From Catajapyx aquilonaris (taxonomy: Eukaryota), in contig KZ539516.1 of the NCBI GenBank assembly GCA_000934665.2, positions 1 to 36,870 of the forward strand: a stretch of DNA of 36,870 nucleotides. The letters run 5' to 3'. Under the pieces are notes generated by a model. The model worked only from the letters and a program-made list of their open reading frames with translations. It was not told the origin of the DNA and did not search any database. Below are positions 33,200 through 36,870 of this stretch, piece after piece. Every line of letters starts with the position of its first letter. The stretch's first letter is position 1. Both the position numbers and the translations under genes were made by a program.

Positions 33200-36100
33200 A
33201 TGATGCAGGCACTTCTGACACCTCCGTCAACTCCATTTGCTCAATATCAGGTAAAAGGTAGCTTTATTGTAATTAGTTCATTATTATGGTCAATTTTCCA
33301 TGGTAGCAGAATTGCATTTATTATGCAAGATCTCCATAATCAATCGAGTTGGATGATATAACTTCAATGTTGCCAGATCATGTTTACTTTTGTTTTCTCG
33401 CTTGTTTCATTTGAGTACTGCAATGGTAAACAAAAGCATTAGTGCGACATACGCAATTTCTCTCTTTAATACGGGTATATTTTGTATCATTGTATTTTAA
33501 CAAATGAAGCGAGGATATGAAGTTATCATATTATTCCGTAATAATTTCTGCTTGATGGATTTGACAGTTGCTCTTTGTGTGATTTTTATTAAATAAGCAC
33601 ATCTCATCAGTATGAGTGTGTTACTCGGATTTTCCTTGACAGATTGAAACTGGATTTAGTGATAGTAACGTGAAAAATACTTGCTCTGTATCACTTTGTT
33701 TCAACACTTCGATAAGAAACCAGTCTGAACTGCCTGGTTCAGTAGGCCTAACTCGGCCTAACTTTGTTTTCTAAACAAGTGCAGGTATTACCTCGAATAT
33801 TTTTGTGTAACACATGCTAATGTGTATGACATGTCACACTGGCATATCCCGAGTCTAATGGCACTTATCTTAGAGGCTATCTTTCATGCTGTACATATGC
33901 TTAATTAACAGAAAATTAAGTCACATTATGCGAAAACAGTCATGGGGCATGCAATTGTCTCCATATGGTAAGACCTCGGGGGAAGAATGATTAAATGTCA
34001 ACTTTTTGTCTAAAATGAGTTACATATCTCAGAAGATAGTTTCACTTGCGTAGAACATGATTGGTCGTGGTTATGCATAACCAATGATCATAGGTCACAA
34101 TGGAAGGCACCAAAAGTGGGATGTACTAATATCGCTCAAAAACATAGAGACGATTTTGCATTTGACTCAAGTGCAGCGTGCAACTTGAATCAAATGCAAT
34201 ATAAATTTTTAAATACTTCCAAAACAAACCAAAATATAGTTTCAAAAGGTGCCGTTATATTTTGGAATATGCATTGATTGAGTCATTACAGAGGTGTCAG
34301 TTTATACGGTACTCTGACTTGGCCTACACTGTTCTGCGATTGCTTAGCGTCCAGTAGCAATTTATTCCAGTGTTCTGTCTATATATCGACCCAAAACACA
34401 ATCTGATTATGAATAATTGAAGTTTATGTGCCAAAAATGCCTCTCTCTCTTTGCATAAAATGATGTGTTCGCAGAAGTATTGTTTGCTTATTACTGTTCA
34501 GGAGGCATATCACTGTGGTGTCAATTGCGGTAGAAATATCCCCCCCCCCCCCAAATATACTATTTATGCCCATACGTTAAATAAGCACTAAAAATAATTC
34601 ATGAACTTGAGACTCGCTAATTGGGTCCCGGGGGCCTATTGCTCTTTTTGTTCGGATTACGGGCCATCTCCTTTAGCTCCCTTCCTTCCCACACCCAATT
34701 TTGGGCCACCAAGCCCCACGGGTACACTCTTGCTTAGCCTGGGAAAAAGAAAGGGACCGATGTTGCGGATTAGGTGGTTTTCAATACTCCTTTTAGAACC
34801 GGATTTTACAAGTTCGACCTTCCAAAATTTATGGCACCCCCTTCTCAGGTGGGGTAGACACTCGTTCCTTTTTGAGATTGCTATAGGGCAGGGTACCACA
34901 AAACACTTTTTTTCAAATATCCTTCTTTTATGTGGTTTGAATCTTCAGGTAGATATGTCACAATATTGGTTTTTATATTACTAGTCTTGTAGATTGAAAT
35001 ATTTTGATCAGTTACCTTTTGTCATTGAAAGTGATTTTCAAATTGCAGGTTTTCTCCCTGCAGTTTAGACAGCGTGGGTAAACCTGGGTGAGGGGGAATA
35101 TAGGGACAGAATGGCCTAAAGTAAAATGAAAATAATTTTGAAGGGGAAAGTGTATAATCGTTAAAGGCAACACGAATGAGTCATTTTCCTTCACTTTTAC
35201 TTTCTTTGGGAGAAAATTCGAGCCTGATATAGGGTTGGGATGTCGATGGCGTGAAGCATTGGGACCATTTCTGCACAATTAAAAAGAGATTTATCATGTC
35301 ATGATATCATGGGTTGATTGTGTTGAATATCGGGCGTGCGGTGGACGTGGTGTAGTGGTTAGCGCCACAGCCTTCCACCTGCAGGGTTCCGAGTTCGATC
35401 CCTGGATAGGATGCTTAGTGGAAAGAGTTTCGATGGGTTCTCTCCATGTTCACGTGGTTTGCTCGGGGTTCTCCCTTTTCCTACCACTATCAAAATACAT
35501 CACAGCAAAGGTAATGATTAAAGTCGGTCAATTAAAATATGATCCCCTACAAAGCCCAAGCAGGCTGTGTTGATATATTTGACGCAAATTTTTATGATAT
35601 CGGAATATTTTGCGTGACATAAAATTCTGCCGTTGCCGTCAACAATCAGCAACAATATTATTATACTGCATTTATTTAGTATTAGAAGCGCAGTGAAGCA
35701 ATGACAACCAAAATATATTACAATTACAATGTGAAATATTTTATTCAACAGCCTGGATCACTTACATGGGCTACTCAAGATATGGCCACGGACTCCACCA
35801 CAACTCCGACTTATACTCAGAGTATCTATCATCAACCACATCCCCGAGGAACAATGTTCGGATATACGTCCGGTCTGGAAGACAAGACGCACCATTATTA
35901 CCAACAAGATGTATGTACACTCTTAAAAATTTGTAAGTTAATCCTAATTTTTATGCGGTTATAATTGGATGTATTACAGGAAGTGAAGGATATAACATGG
36001 TGGTCAACGCTCCAAGGTTTCAGTCATCAAACCACGATATATCCTTCGCAGAGTGTGAGGAAACAGTTGTTACCGCCTCTGCATCCACAATCGCAGCAAC

Positions 36101-36342
36101 AGCTTCAAGAACAGCACCTGCAACAAACAATTAATCCGCAACACGAAATGGGCAGTTTGCTGATGCAGCAACAAAGGAAGCCTCTTCCGACTGAGAGACG
36201 TTGTCGAAGATGTCGGTGTCCTAATTGCCAGGAAGCTGTTCTGACAGGTCGTTCGGGGCCACAACGTGACCAAAAGAAAAGGCAGCACTTATGCCACATT
36301 CCTGGATGTGGAAAGGTCTATGGGAAGACATCACACCTCAAG
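33200..36342 (+). CDS. Sp5/buttonhead-like Sp-family zinc-finger transcription factor, 5' part; join(33200..33250,35752..35910,35980..36342), continues beyond window
   Basis: Exon 35980-36342 encodes the Btd box RRCRRCRCPNCQ (Sp5/btd type) and finger 1 HLCHIPGCGKVYGKTSHLK, ending at donor AAG|GTATTC. Exon 35752-35910 is phase 0 with GT-AG. The first exon MMQALLTPPSTPFAQYQ|gtaaaa is phase-compatible but less certain. Confidence 0.85.
35341..35520 (+). mobile_element. tRNA-derived SINE with V-SINE-like central domain (Sp5/btd intron 1)
   Basis: A-box TGGTGTAGTGG (35348-35358) and B-box GAGTTCGATCC (35391-35401). These are followed by GAGTTTCGATGGGTTCTCTCCATGTTCACGTGGTTTGCTCGGGGTTCTCCCTTTTCCTACCAC, which resembles the V-domain. 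Confidence 0.7.
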
Positions 36343-36558
36343 GTATTCAAATTTGACTATTAACATTTTCCAATCGACCAAACAATATCAATGGGGATAT
36401 TAAAGCATGTTTTATTGTCAAAATCAATCGATACTTTTATGGAATAATGTTGTTTATCAATATGATGTACGCGCGTATTATCTAAAATTTAAAGAATGGC
36501 AAGTGGAGTTTCTTCGTCTCCATCCAATTAGCAGTCGTCTGGCTATATCGGTTTTTCG

Positions 36559-36561
<3 letters not shown>

Positions 36562-36600
<39 letters not shown>

Positions 36601-36601
36601 N

Positions 36602-36646
<45 letters not shown>
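36562..36646. repeat. (CT)n microsatellite (one N)
   Basis: About 40 CT units in the intron after the Btd-box exon. Confidence 0.97.
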
Positions 36647-36650
<4 letters not shown>

Positions 36651-36870
36651 CCTAATATTGCTGCTATCTGTAGTTTAATAACAATGAATCAGCAAATGGA
36701 TTGCAGGAATGCAAGTCTAATTTTTTATTGTCTTTTGAAGGCTATTTGCATTATGTACTGCATTTTAACAGTCTATCTAATACATATTTCCAGACCTATA
36801 TCTGTCTGTCTGTCTCTCTGTCTGTCACCTAAACAGATCGATACGGAGGCCTCCACATATGCCCCATGGG

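Noticed and set aside
34601..34984. 127-aa ORF with GPSPLAPFL as an Sp-box exon
   Set aside because: It matches only SPLA of SPLALLAATC and lacks convincing phase-0 splice sites.

Overview
Eukaryotic (animal, probably arthropod; species not determinable here) genomic DNA with spliceosomal introns. Five protein-coding genes can be reconstructed by hand with frame-consistent splice junctions. They are: the last exon of a multi-C2H2 zinc-finger gene (+); IFT74 (-, 7 coding exons); an LRP3/10/12-family CUB+LDLa receptor (+, 5 coding exons, head-to-head with IFT74); a DUSP3/VHR-like atypical dual-specificity phosphatase (-); and the 5' part of an Sp5/buttonhead-like Sp-family transcription factor (+, running off the right end). 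Introns and intergenic DNA hold many small transposons: a TTAA-flanked Kolobok-like MITE, a foldback MITE built from the 3' end of a mariner transposase, a Tigger4-like MITE, tRNA-headed SINEs of two kinds (one V-SINE-like), and transposase relics. The ~11.5 kb gene-free stretch upstream of Sp5/btd contains GC-rich islands with clustered transcription-factor motifs. I found no convincing wholly new biological system. The best leads are the mariner-derived foldback element, intronic hairpins, an RFX X-box at the DUSP promoter, position-dependent CpG decay of SINE copies, and candidate Sp5/btd enhancers.
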